This document shows positions 50,831-61,777 of a stretch of 64,000 nt of DNA, in pieces. A model generated the notes under the pieces. That model was given only the letters and a program-made list of their open reading frames with translations, ran no database searches and was not told the DNA's origin. Positions within the stretch are counted from its first letter, which is position 1. The number at the start of each line of letters is the position of its first letter. Made by a program: the position numbers and the translations under genes. The DNA is from Folioceros fuciformis (lineage: Eukaryota): assembly GCA_049999805.1 (NCBI GenBank), contig JBNGIO010006285.1:227972-291971 (forward strand). The letters are read 5' to 3'.

Positions 50831-53415
50831 GTCGGCGATGTGTGAGAAGCTTTGGGCTAGGTAACAACTTTTGTAGATGGATTGCAATGCTTTGTGAGGA
50901 TGCAGGTGCAATGGTCTCTATGAGCGGATCCTTTACCGATAGGATTGATATCAAGAGGTCGGTACGTCAAGGATGCCCTCTAGCCCTGTTCATGTTCATC
51001 ATTGTCACTGACTTTCTTCTGCAAGCAATTAAGTAGGACTTAAGGATTGAAGGCATTCAGAATCCCGACGACTCGCAGCTATGCATCTCGGCCTTTGCTG
51101 ATGATACCCTGTTATTCTCATCTGCAGATACGACGTCCTTAACGGCCTTGCTCTCCAAGGTTCAGATTTTTGGTCAGCTATCAGGGTGCAATGTGAATTG
51201 GAGCAAGATTAGGATTATGTGCGTTAACATGCAGGAGGAGCCACCCGACTACATTAGACACATTATGCGGGTCCAGCCCAGCTCGTCACACAAGTACCTA
51301 GGCCTGTCATTCCAAGAAGAGGATGAGAATGCTGAGATTGGTAAATATGTCTGCCTCAGGTTCATTCAGAAAGCAATCAGCTTATGCCTTTTGGATCTTA
51401 GTCTTGCAAGCAGAATCGTGGTCATAATCCATATTTTGACCACTTCCTTGTGGTACTATTTGTTCTTATGGGCCCCCAGGAAGGTGGACCTGATAAGGCT
51501 GCAACAGATTATTTCCAACTTCTTGTGGAGTAAGTCGAAGGAGCTGCTCTCCCCTTCCCATGAGATGGTGTGGCATCATATAATACAGAGCAAGCGTTTG
51601 GGTGGGCTTGGACTAGTGGATCCCACTTGCAAAATGAAGATCCTTCATGCGCAATGGGTTCTGAAGGCAGCTGGCCCAATGGGCTACCCCCGGAAAAGTT
51701 GGTTAACCCAACACTTGCAGCAAACTCAAGCGGTGGTCCCGGGGTGGAGGTCTATTGACAACTTATTGGCGAATAGACCCTTGCTTGACACTAGGGAGTG
51801 CTCTCCACTCTTTATCTCAATTTGGCGCAGCTTCTTGGAAGTTAAAACCTTCCTTAACTCAGTCCTGCCCAGGAATAGGGATGATGCACTGGGCCTCCCT
51901 CTCCAAGGGTTCAAGGGGCTTTGGTCATAGGAATTCCGTTCGCGGGTGTGTCGATCCCAGATTTTTGTTTCCGCTGGTAGAAGAGGCATTGTGCAACTCG
52001 GGCACCTATGGAACCGAGTAGAAGAAGGATGGAAAACAGTGGAGAAGGTTCGAGAAGAGTTTGGGACTCCGGTTAGACATGTGAGACTAATGCTTTCATG
52101 GCTACAAAAAGGGATGGCAGAAGAGGTGAAGCAAGCGTTATTACGGCAGGCCCAGGTGGGCATTCACACCCTATGGAAGATAGGCTGAGAGATTCCGACT
52201 AGAAGGGGGATGCAGCCATTCCAGACTTTGACAGGGCAGTGCTTGTATCATCTCTGACAGACGACAATGGGAATCTATCCTACAGGACTTTGAGCACAGA
52301 GGGGCTTCTGGAGGTTATAGGCAGAGAAGAAGGTATGATCGGTGGAGTGTGCTTGAGGGGGATTACCACGCTTTACAAGGCGAGGCGAGCGGGTCATTGG
52401 CTTACCCAAGAACAGCATGATAGCAAGAAACAACCTCCGTATCGAAGTCCTGTAAGATGTTGGTTTCGCTTGACGGAGAATTGGAAGTTAGTGATGAGAC
52501 ATGACCTCTATACGTGGCTTGTGACCTCTGGAAGTATACAGAAGAATGCGAGGTCACTCTTCAACTTTCCTTCGAGCACCATCTACCTTTGGTTGGTGCG
52601 CACACAAAAATCTCCTTAGCGAGGTCAACTGGCTCCTAGGTTGAGGCTCTCCTAGTGTCGCCAAAGGGCAACGATCAAACTCTTGTGGTCGACCATTGGG
52701 TTAGTCCCCAAGGTGCGGATTACCATCAAGTGTTTCTTCCAAGCTTGTTTGCCTAACGTGGATCGCCGGGATGGGTTGTTGGCGGCCACGGGGGAGGAGT
52801 AGTGCAGGCTTTGTACTGTTGACGCCCCGCACAAAAGCCAACATATCTTCTTCCAATGTGACTATGCCCAAGGTGTCTAGATTGAAGTTGGCAGATGGCT
52901 CCAAAGTCTTCTCCCGGAGAGAACCATTGTGGTTGCAAAGCAAACTGCCCTATTCGGGCTACATGCGCTGACAGGAGAGCCGCTCGTTCAGAAGCAATGG
53001 TGGGGAGTGGTGTGGTCTCTATCTCTTTGCGCCCTATGACAAAATTGGACAGCTATGGTCTATGGCGGGAGTAACCCGATATCAAGGAAAGCTCTGCTTT
53101 GGCATATCTGGGAACAAGTCCTAGTGATGGCGGAGAGCATTCGTACTTCCGCTCCCAACAAGTTCAGACGGACAGAGTGGAAGGCAGCTGGATTCCTCAG
53201 GCATAATGGCCAGTGAAATCACTCCTGCCCGTGGGAAAGGTAAGCCACACATTGACGAGAGATCTCTCGCTTGCACGATAGATCAGATTTGTTCACCTCT
53301 GCAGTCTAGAAATTTGCAAATAGACTAACGCCTTACACAATTGCGCGTGCAAGCGCTGTACTCTGGATGTAGCTTGAGCTACGGATAATCAAATTTTTTT
53401 CTTCGCGAAAAAAAT
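50830..53415 (+). mobile_element. L1-type LINE relic (5'-truncated RT plus zinc-finger region)
   Basis: 'RSVRQGCPL', 'AFADDTL', 'SGCNVNWSK', 'KYLGL' and 'KRLGGLGL', with stops and frameshifts. An A-run lies at about 53408-53414. Confidence 0.85.
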
Positions 53416-53459
53416 TAAGCTATGTTAGGTCATGTCCAGATTATTAAGAGATATACAAC

Positions 53460-55580
53460 ATTGCCAACTACTTCATTGTAAGGTACTTGCTGCATCTTCT
53501 TTACTTCCTCGAGAAGCGTTAGTTTTCTCCAAAAACTTTTTCTCGTGTAGCAATACAAGTTGATACTGGTTTGGTGTACTTTAGATTAAACCTATCCCAT
53601 TGATTATTTACTTAGTGTTCTTGATGAATAAGTATGAATGATTTGTAGGGTATATCGATGTCATATTTAGTGGCCATCTCCATGTGAAGGGAGGATACAA
53701 TAGTAGAGTAGTCGTGGATACTAGGCATAGGTTAGGGGTTATCAATAAGAGTGGCGTGGTAGATAGATGTAAAGGGGGTGAGCTTGGTTAAAATGGACAT
53801 TGTGAGAGAAGAGCGTGTGAGATTTCTTATGGTTTTATTAGCAATGTGGGAAAAAGCCAGACTTTCGAAGATGCAGAGATGAAAAATATTAGGTTTATGT
53901 CTACTCCAATGCTCAAAAGGAGTGGTATTAGGCAAGTCTTTTGTAGGAAGTCAGTTCTTCAAGTAATTAGAGGTAGACAAACGCAGCTTCTGCATAGTAG
54001 CCTTTGGAGAGGTCGGCTAGCTTGAGCAAGAAGTAGGAGATTTCTTGCAAAAAGTGGTTAAGTCATTCGGCAAAGGGATTCTGAGAGGGGTACTGAACAA
54101 TGAGTTGTTATTGACTACCTTTGGATTTGCAGAAAGTAGTGCTAGTACACTTACCCTTGTTGTCTGTTCGTAGGGCGGTAACCTGAAAACTGATGTGGTG
54201 TTCTATTGTAAGGATGAAGTCTTGGAACCATAAAAGGACTTCATCTTTGTGGCGTAAGAAATAGAAATGATAACAATATAAGCTCCACTCATCTAGAAAA
54301 TTGATGAAATATGATTGACTACCAATAGATATAATATTCATAGGGCCATACATATCAGAATGAACTATCTCCAAAAGTCAAAGGGTATGAGCTGATGAAG
54401 AGTCGTTGAAGGGTGATTAATGTAACTTAGTGTATTTGAAGATTTCGCTAAAGACATCATGTGTACCTTGACTTTTATTAGATCTCGACACCTGTTAGGG
54501 CTACCTAGTATGTTAAGGTACGTAGGATTCATGTCTTACTCTCTAGTGCTAAAGAAGTGATTCATTTGCTGAAATATGTTGGAAGTAACCCCGTTAGGGT
54601 TAGCTTCTTATAAACGTTGCAGCTGTTAGGTGGTTTAATAGCTAATTATGAAAGGTCATGACTCTTGGAGAGTTTTTTTTGTATATAAGCACTTTATTAT
54701 TCATAAATAAATATAACATGAGAACAACTTTGAGTATGTTAGATCCTCAAATGTTTCACAAAATAAGAGGGGTGCTATCATCGAAGAGAGGATGTAGACT
54801 AGATAGTAAGGAGGTACATGTCGTTGAAAGGTAGACCATGTGTTAGGGTTGTCTGGCTAGGGTCCTTAGAGTGATTGATAATGTAGTGAATTATGATGTT
54901 GAGCATCATTCATGTCTTATGTGTATTGAAGCGTACTTTTGTCCAGTGCATAAATCTAGATGAGAACATTGTGTGCGCACTTATCCCTCTTGTTCTAGGC
55001 TGTGATTGTGTTAGATGTTCCAATGAGATTGGAAGTAGGCCCTGGCACTAGGAGTATACCATCAACAATCTCCATTAGATCATGCTCTTCTAACAAAGCT
55101 ATGACCCTCGTGTTCCACACAACAAAATCAGTTTTGTTACACTAGTCTCAATTACAAAACTTAATATGGGTGGTATTGACTACAATGAGGGCTAGCATAC
55201 CCATGATTGATGGTGTCTTAGTTTTTCTCTTATAGTTCTTAAGAGAATCAAAATCTAACATACATGTCTTCTAAGGGCCATGGATGAGATGGTAATGATG
55301 ATGGTCCTAAGTAGATTACACAACATGTTGGAGTGAGTGCATGTTGAGGTTTGAATCCGATGCGACACATCATTTCTCAATGACTTGCCTTGGAAATGAG
55401 GGTCGGCCCATAAGTGAGTAACATGGAGAGGTATGCTACCTAGCCATATTGTCCATTTCAAGATCATTGGTGCTGATTGCCTTTCGTTTTGTGCAACGCC
55501 ATGACGACTAATCCTGAAAGACTGGATGTAAGGCGCACTCGATGCACCAAACGGTTGAGAGCATTTAGGCTTTGATACCA
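53460..55580 (-). mobile_element. Ty1/Copia relic (gag-integrase) with tRNA-iMet primer-binding site
   Basis: Integrase motifs 'IVHSDMYGPM...YFINFLDE...LRTDNKG' and 'TPFEHWS..KPNI.HL..F', gag-like 'FVVWNTRVIALLEEHDL', and PBS TGGTATCAAAGC at 55569-55580 (minus). Confidence 0.85.
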
Positions 55581-56977
55581 TAAAGCGAGGGCCAGTTCAA
55601 GGATTAGTATTTTATTAATAGAGTGCACGGGTATTTATACATATAGATTATTTGATTCCAACAACCTAACAGCAATTTTGTAGTTTTTCTCTAATGGCCA
55701 TAGTTTTAGATTAGGTTAGAACTCAAACTCTATTTAATGCGAAACGTGCCTTAAAAACACAACATCCACGAGCGCTAAGACACGTGATGCCGCAACACCT
55801 ATCCCCAACGACAAGATTGTTGGTCTTGCCCTTTCGGTATTCTGTCTTTTGTATGTTGTCCATGAGTGCACAATGCACCAACTCCTCCTCGTTGCATTTA
55901 GGCTATGAGTTTGAGTGTTTCTATAGCCAAGCTCTTAAGCGGATATCCATGACACCTCCTAGGCTTAGAAGTCATTTGATCTCAATAGAGACCTAGGCTT
56001 AGAANNNNNNNNNNTCTCAATAGAGACCTAGGCTTAGAAGTCATTTGATCTCAATAGAGACTTTGAGAAAATACATGTCTTATCGTGATTGTGTACAACC
56101 CAATTCCTAGCCATGTTCGTATTTGTGTCTTCTTCGCATGTATGTCAACTTGTGTGTCTTTAACTATGTCACCTTGAGTGTGGTTGTTGGTACCAAAAGA
56201 CCATCAAAGGATACCATTCAAAAGGCAAGAAGTATTATTGAATAACTCCCATGGCATCATAGGTGGTTGTGTGGATAAGTAGTTCATAGGAGTCACAACT
56301 CCTAACAGGCTCTTAGCATAAGTTGCAGTGCATGACAATGGACTATGGCTCTTCTTAGCTTTGTCTAATATGACTTCTATGATAGTGCTTTGTAAGGCAT
56401 GATGAAGACAACAAAAGCTGGCTACCTTCTTTCACAACACAAACATACACAACTTTTGTTGGCTCCAGTGCTAGAAGGAACTATACCCCTTAGTAAAGAG
56501 AACATATTGTTGGAAGGGCAAACAAGCGAATGTTTACAAAACACTCTCTACTCTTTCATACGCGAACGACATTACTCAACTCCCTCGCTGCTTTTACTTG
56601 CTAAACTAAGCATCCTACATACTAGGCACACATAGGCCCTCATTCTCACATGTGCCTCTTGCTCACTTTGGGCTAGAGGTGCCCATGAGGGCTTGCACAT
56701 AGGCACCTATAACCTGAAATTGGCTAGAGGCATCAACACAATCACGTACTCATCCCAAGTATCTTCAGCTGAGCTCTGAAATCTAATCAATGCTTCACAC
56801 TATAGGCCCTAACATAGCTATGCCCAAGCTGTCACCCTCATGAGAGCCTCTATCTCATTTCGAGGCTGTAGTTTGCATGTGAAATTTTCCGGCCACCTAT
56901 AGCCCATGCAATCACTTATTCATCAAGGATCCTCAGCACTGCTTCAAAATATGCTCAATGCTTCATGAGACAACTCA

Positions 56978-57126
56978 AAGACACTGGGTTGCTAGCTTTG
57001 CATGTGAGCCCTTCTTCCCCTAAGTGTGTAAGAAGAATGGATCGTAAGGTAGTAAGACACTGGGTTGCTAGCTTTGCATGTGAGCCCTTCTTCCCCTAAG
57101 TGTGTAAGAAGAATGGATCGTAAGGT
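56978..57126. repeat. Direct tandem duplication of ~73 bp (period 76)
   Basis: AAGACACTGGGTTGCTAGC...GGATCGTAAGGT occurs at 56978 and 57054. Confidence 0.9.
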
Positions 57127-58137
57127 GGTAATCGGTGAACAAAAACAGTATAGGTGATAACAAGCCAAAGGTTGATGATTCACACTACAACGTTGTTGAT
57201 CATGAAAATTTTCGAGAAGAATCAATATTTCGAGTAGACAGGAAGGGGGCTAGAAATAAGTGCTGATGGCAGCTCTCTACATTGTGCACACCCTTAACAC
57301 TGGTGGCTTTATACAAAACAACATTATGGGCTTATCTCTTGGGCTAAGTCACTTTTGTGATTTTTTCTGGATTTGCGCTTAGATGTTCTGGTTAAGATTT
57401 GGCTTTGATGATTATTTTCATAGTAGTACAGTAAAATAAAAATTTAATGTATGTGTTTCTTCCTAAACCCTAATTTGATACATACAATTATTTTATCAAA
57501 AGTTTTCACCCTGCGACAAAAGTCTCACTGACCTGCTGAGAACCTTGGAGAGAGTTAGCATCATAGCAATACTTGAAGCCTCTCCGTCTAAGAGGTTATG
57601 CTGCAAGTCAGGCCCTGATGGTGAAATAAGAACGACCTTATATATAGGCATCGTTGTCCAAGAGTGACTTTTGCACTTACCACCGTCCGTTCACTCCGTG
57701 GGTGAGTATCATCTTGCTTCACTGATTTGCCCAGAATGATCCTGCTCCATTCCCTCGACGGATGGGCCAGCATACTTAGGTAACTGCGGATGGAAGCTCC
57801 AGCTGCATCGCCGTCCTGACCAATTTACATCCACGTCTATACAATTCAGACACAGACCAACCACAATGAGCTTTATCTGGCAGCGAACGCGATCAAAATT
57901 TGTGATTGAATCACATGCCTGTGAGTGTCCTACAAAACAACCATGGACTTGAGATGAACATGGGGAACTAACCCACAACACTTATGCTGTTGAAGCTGTT
58001 GGCGGTTCAAAAGATGCACATGTTGAAAGTTTTTAGTCAGCTTGAACGTCCTGCAACAACTTGAGAGTGTGTGGCACAAGGTCCACGCCTTTGTTTCGAC
58101 CAGAAGATCCCGTAACTTCACATATGTATCTTGGCTG

Positions 58138-61100
58138 TCACAATGTTTTCTGATCCCCAACAACGAACACGTGTGCATTTCCATTCAAGTCCATCCACCA
58201 GGTGCGTCCTGCTTCTTTCCAAGCTTGTGACTCTACTCTCATTTCCTGAACCTTCTTCGCCTCCTGTGGAATGTGAGCAGCGGCATAGATATTTGACATC
58301 AAAATGTATGCTGCAGCGTCACTTTTGTCCAGCTTCACAGCGAATTCAAATGCCTGCCTCCCAAGCTCCACATTGCCCCAATTTCGACAGGCAGCCAAAA
58401 GGCATTTCCACACTCCACTGTCAGGTTGGATAGGCATTGTCTTCACCATGTCCATTGCATCATGGATTCTGCCCGCACGGCCAAGAAGATCAACCATGCA
58501 ATTGTAGTGCTGCATCGTTGGGGTAATGCTATACTCCCTGCTCATGGCCAGAAACAATGCCTGGCCCCTGTCTACTAAACCACCGTGACTGCATGCGATT
58601 AGGAGACCAACAAATGTTACGTCGTTTGGCTGCAAGCCTTGCTTCTCCATCCTCCTGAACAGGTCAAAGACAATTTCACCCTCCCCTTGACGGGCGTATC
58701 CCCCTAGCAAGGCATTCCATGCTGTAATATCTTTACTGGGCACTCTGTCGAACACTTGCTGTGCATCCACCATGCTTGAACATTTGCCATACATGTCAAT
58801 CAGACTGTTGGGTATAAATGAGCCAAGCTCTAAGCCAGCGTTCAAAATCTGGCCGTGAATCTCTCTCCCTTTCTCCAGACCGGCTACATTGCTGCACGCG
58901 TTGAGTGCACCAACATAGGTTCGCTCGTTAGGGATGACACCCTCCTGCTGCATTCGTGTGAACAACTGCAAAGCCTCTTCACCCTTGTCCATTTGAGCAT
59001 ACCCCAAGATCATGGAATTCCACGACACCACGTCACGCCTGGGCATTTTCTCAAACATCTCCCTGGCATCTTCCAGACTGCCACACTTTGCATACGCATC
59101 GACAAGCATGTTCCCTACAAACAGATTTAACTCAAAGTCGTCCTTTCTGACATTCGCATGGATGGCTCTCACAGATTCCAGACACAGCTTTCTAAGCTTT
59201 ATCAAATCACCACCATTTCTCTCCGCTGACTCTACAATGGCAGTGCAAGCTTTAATTGCACCAACGTATGTTCGATCATTTGGGACTACCCCTTCCTCTT
59301 GCATACGCGCATACAATTGCAAGGCCTCCTCACCCTTCGCCATCGTGGCATACCCCAAGACCATGGAGTTCCATGACACCACAGAACGAACAGGCATATC
59401 TTCAAACACCTTCCTGGCATCCTCCAGGCTCCCACATTTCGAGTAAGCATCTACTAGCTTATTCGCCACAAACAGGTTCCCTTGAAAATTCCCCTTGACA
59501 ACATTGGCATGGATGGCTCTCACAGTTTTGAGGTACTGTACTTTGTCCCCATCATCGTTGTTTCCTTCTCTGAGTTCTCCAATGGTACTGCAAGCTTTCA
59601 GTGCGCCAATATACGTTCTACTATTTGGCAACACACCATCCTCTTGCATCTGTGCATACAATCTTAGAGCCTCCTCACCCTTCTCCATCTCAGCATACCC
59701 CAAGATCATTGCAGTCCATGACACCACATCCCGATCAGATAGATTCTCAAACACGTGCCTAGCATCCTCCAGACTCCCACACTTCGCATACGCATCCACA
59801 AGCATTGTCCCCAAGAATCTATCCAACGCCTTCCCCCCCTGTCCAATATCTGTATGGACGCTTCTGACAACCTCAAGGCATCGCTCTTTCCCACGTGTTC
59901 CATGACCAACATTTATGTCCACCAGTTCTCCGACAATACTACAAGCTTTGAGCACAAGAAGATGCGTCTGGTCGTTCGGAACCGTACCAACCTCCCTCAT
60001 CTGTGTGTACAACTGCAAAGCCTCTTCAGACTTCTCCGTCTGGGAGTGCCCCGAGATGATGGAATTCCACGAACCAACATCCCGACGAGGCATTTCGTCA
60101 AAGACCCGCCGAGCGTCCTCCAGGCTCCCACATCGTGAGTAAGCTTCTACAAGCATGTTCCCCACAATCACACTTGATGAAACGTTCCCACCTCCAAAGT
60201 CTGTGTGTATGGCTCTCACAGTTTCCAAACACTGTCTGCTAACAGCTACCACGTCACACCCGTTTCTGTGCCCCCATTCCGCAACGGCAATACAAGCCGT
60301 AAGGGCACCAACACAAGCTCGCTCATCGGGAAGCACACCTTCCAGCCGCATTTTCCTGAACATAAGCAAAGCATCTTCAGCCCTACCCATCTGAGCGCAC
60401 CCAAATATCATGACAGTCCAGGAAACCACAGTACGAACAGGCATACGCTCGAAGACCAGTCTAGCATCCTCGAAGCTTCCACAGTTTGAATACGCATCCA
60501 CCAACGTGTTTCCCACAAACACATTCCCCTCACAGTTCGACTTCCTCACATCCGCATGGATGGCTCTCACGGTGTCGAGGTATCGTCCTTTGGCAACACA
60601 GTCATCACCATCCACCGATCCTAAAACAGCAGTGCAAGCTTTGAGTGCAGCCACGTACACCCGATCGTTAGGAACCACACCCTCCTGGTGCATGCGTTTA
60701 TACAATTCCAAGGCCGCTTCGCCCTTTCCCATCTGTGCGTAACCCGAAATCATGGAGTTCCAAGAGACAACATCCCGGTGAGGCATCTCCTCAAACACCC
60801 TCCTAGCATTATCCAAGCTCCCACATTTCGCATAAGCGTTCACAAGCATGGTTCCCACATAGATATCAGTCTCCAAGCCATTCCTAACCACTTCTGCGTG
60901 AATATACTTGGCAGTACTCAGGTCCTGCAGGCCACTGCACGCCTTCAAGAGAAGGACAAAGGTATGTTGCCCTGGTTCCACCCCATGCTCCCGCATATCC
61001 TGATACAGCTTGAGAGCCTGCCTACCGTGCCCAGACTTGCTTTGCTGCGCTATCAATGTCGTCCAGGAACTTTCCCCTCCCTGGTGTCTGAACTGCCCAT

Positions 61101-61263
61101 CACAACTGGAGCTACTTGTCCAGCTGCCCCTGCCAAACAGTGCGTCCTCCCGCAGAGCATTTGTCACACAATTCAGCTCCCTGACGCCCTCAGTGCTCGA
61201 TCTAACGACTCCCACAGGACATTCTAATCCAAACAAGCCAGAGACTCTGTGAGAGGTGAGCAT
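58138..61263 (-). CDS. PLS-class PPR protein with elongated L motifs and a WW-type PG box, truncated in E+; intronless
   Basis: About 8 P-L-S triplets, E1/E2, then 'WKEAGRTWWMDLNGNAHVFVVGDQ'. The first ATG is at 61263; the ORF opens at 61314. Confidence 0.95.
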   Translation of the reverse strand: MLTSHRVSGLFGLECPVGVVRSSTEGVRELNCVTNALREDALFGRGSWTSSSSCDGQFRHQGGESSWTTLIAQQSKSGHGRQALKLYQDMREHGVEPGQHTFVLLLKACSGLQDLSTAKYIHAEVVRNGLETDIYVGTMLVNAYAKCGSLDNARRVFEEMPHRDVVSWNSMISGYAQMGKGEAALELYKRMHQEGVVPNDRVYVAALKACTAVLGSVDGDDCVAKGRYLDTVRAIHADVRKSNCEGNVFVGNTLVDAYSNCGSFEDARLVFERMPVRTVVSWTVMIFGCAQMGRAEDALLMFRKMRLEGVLPDERACVGALTACIAVAEWGHRNGCDVVAVSRQCLETVRAIHTDFGGGNVSSSVIVGNMLVEAYSRCGSLEDARRVFDEMPRRDVGSWNSIISGHSQTEKSEEALQLYTQMREVGTVPNDQTHLLVLKACSIVGELVDINVGHGTRGKERCLEVVRSVHTDIGQGGKALDRFLGTMLVDAYAKCGSLEDARHVFENLSDRDVVSWTAMILGYAEMEKGEEALRLYAQMQEDGVLPNSRTYIGALKACSTIGELREGNNDDGDKVQYLKTVRAIHANVVKGNFQGNLFVANKLVDAYSKCGSLEDARKVFEDMPVRSVVSWNSMVLGYATMAKGEEALQLYARMQEEGVVPNDRTYVGAIKACTAIVESAERNGGDLIKLRKLCLESVRAIHANVRKDDFELNLFVGNMLVDAYAKCGSLEDAREMFEKMPRRDVVSWNSMILGYAQMDKGEEALQLFTRMQQEGVIPNERTYVGALNACSNVAGLEKGREIHGQILNAGLELGSFIPNSLIDMYGKCSSMVDAQQVFDRVPSKDITAWNALLGGYARQGEGEIVFDLFRRMEKQGLQPNDVTFVGLLIACSHGGLVDRGQALFLAMSREYSITPTMQHYNCMVDLLGRAGRIHDAMDMVKTMPIQPDSGVWKCLLAACRNWGNVELGRQAFEFAVKLDKSDAAAYILMSNIYAAAHIPQEAKKVQEMRVESQAWKEAGRTWWMDLNGNAHVFVVGDQKTL

Positions 61264-61777
61264 ATCGCCACAAAGGTCAGACCAAGCCACATAGCAGCCC
61301 AAATCTACCGCCAAGGAACCGAATGCTTCAAAGATTTTTCAGTCACCTCCATCTCTTTTCAGTGTTGGCCGTAGCTCCAAATTCTCAGGGTCTCAAAAAA
61401 AAGATCGCTCCAGAATGCCTGCAGCATCACATGACAAGAGGACATGCAACGCATTATCCAACACTACATGACCTTGCTACCTACATAAGCACACCTAACC
61501 TACCATACATGAACTGACATATATTTATAATGCTCAAATAAATATAATAATATCAATCAATATTTTATTTAAAATTTTACAAGCTTCATGTAATCATTTT
61601 GGTGTAACCTTTATAAATTTTTTATTAGATATTTCAAACTCATATGTGTTATTCACATTTTTAAAAGAGACTCTATGCATACTTTGATTAGAAGCTAGAA
61701 AGATCCAACTATCCACCTTCGTAGTATTACCATACCCTAATATTTTGCTCTAAAGTAGAAGCTTTACGTCTACTTAA

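Noticed and set aside
57709-57981. Possible frameshifted DYW remainder downstream of the WW-type PPR ('GHSQAC')
   Set aside because: There is no HxE, KNLRxCxDCH or CSC terminus in any frame, so the match looks coincidental.
60127-60136. TCCCACATCG matching the plant snRNA upstream sequence element
   Set aside because: It lies inside the PPR coding sequence (Arg-Cys-Gly codons on the minus strand), with no properly spaced TATA box or snRNA body.
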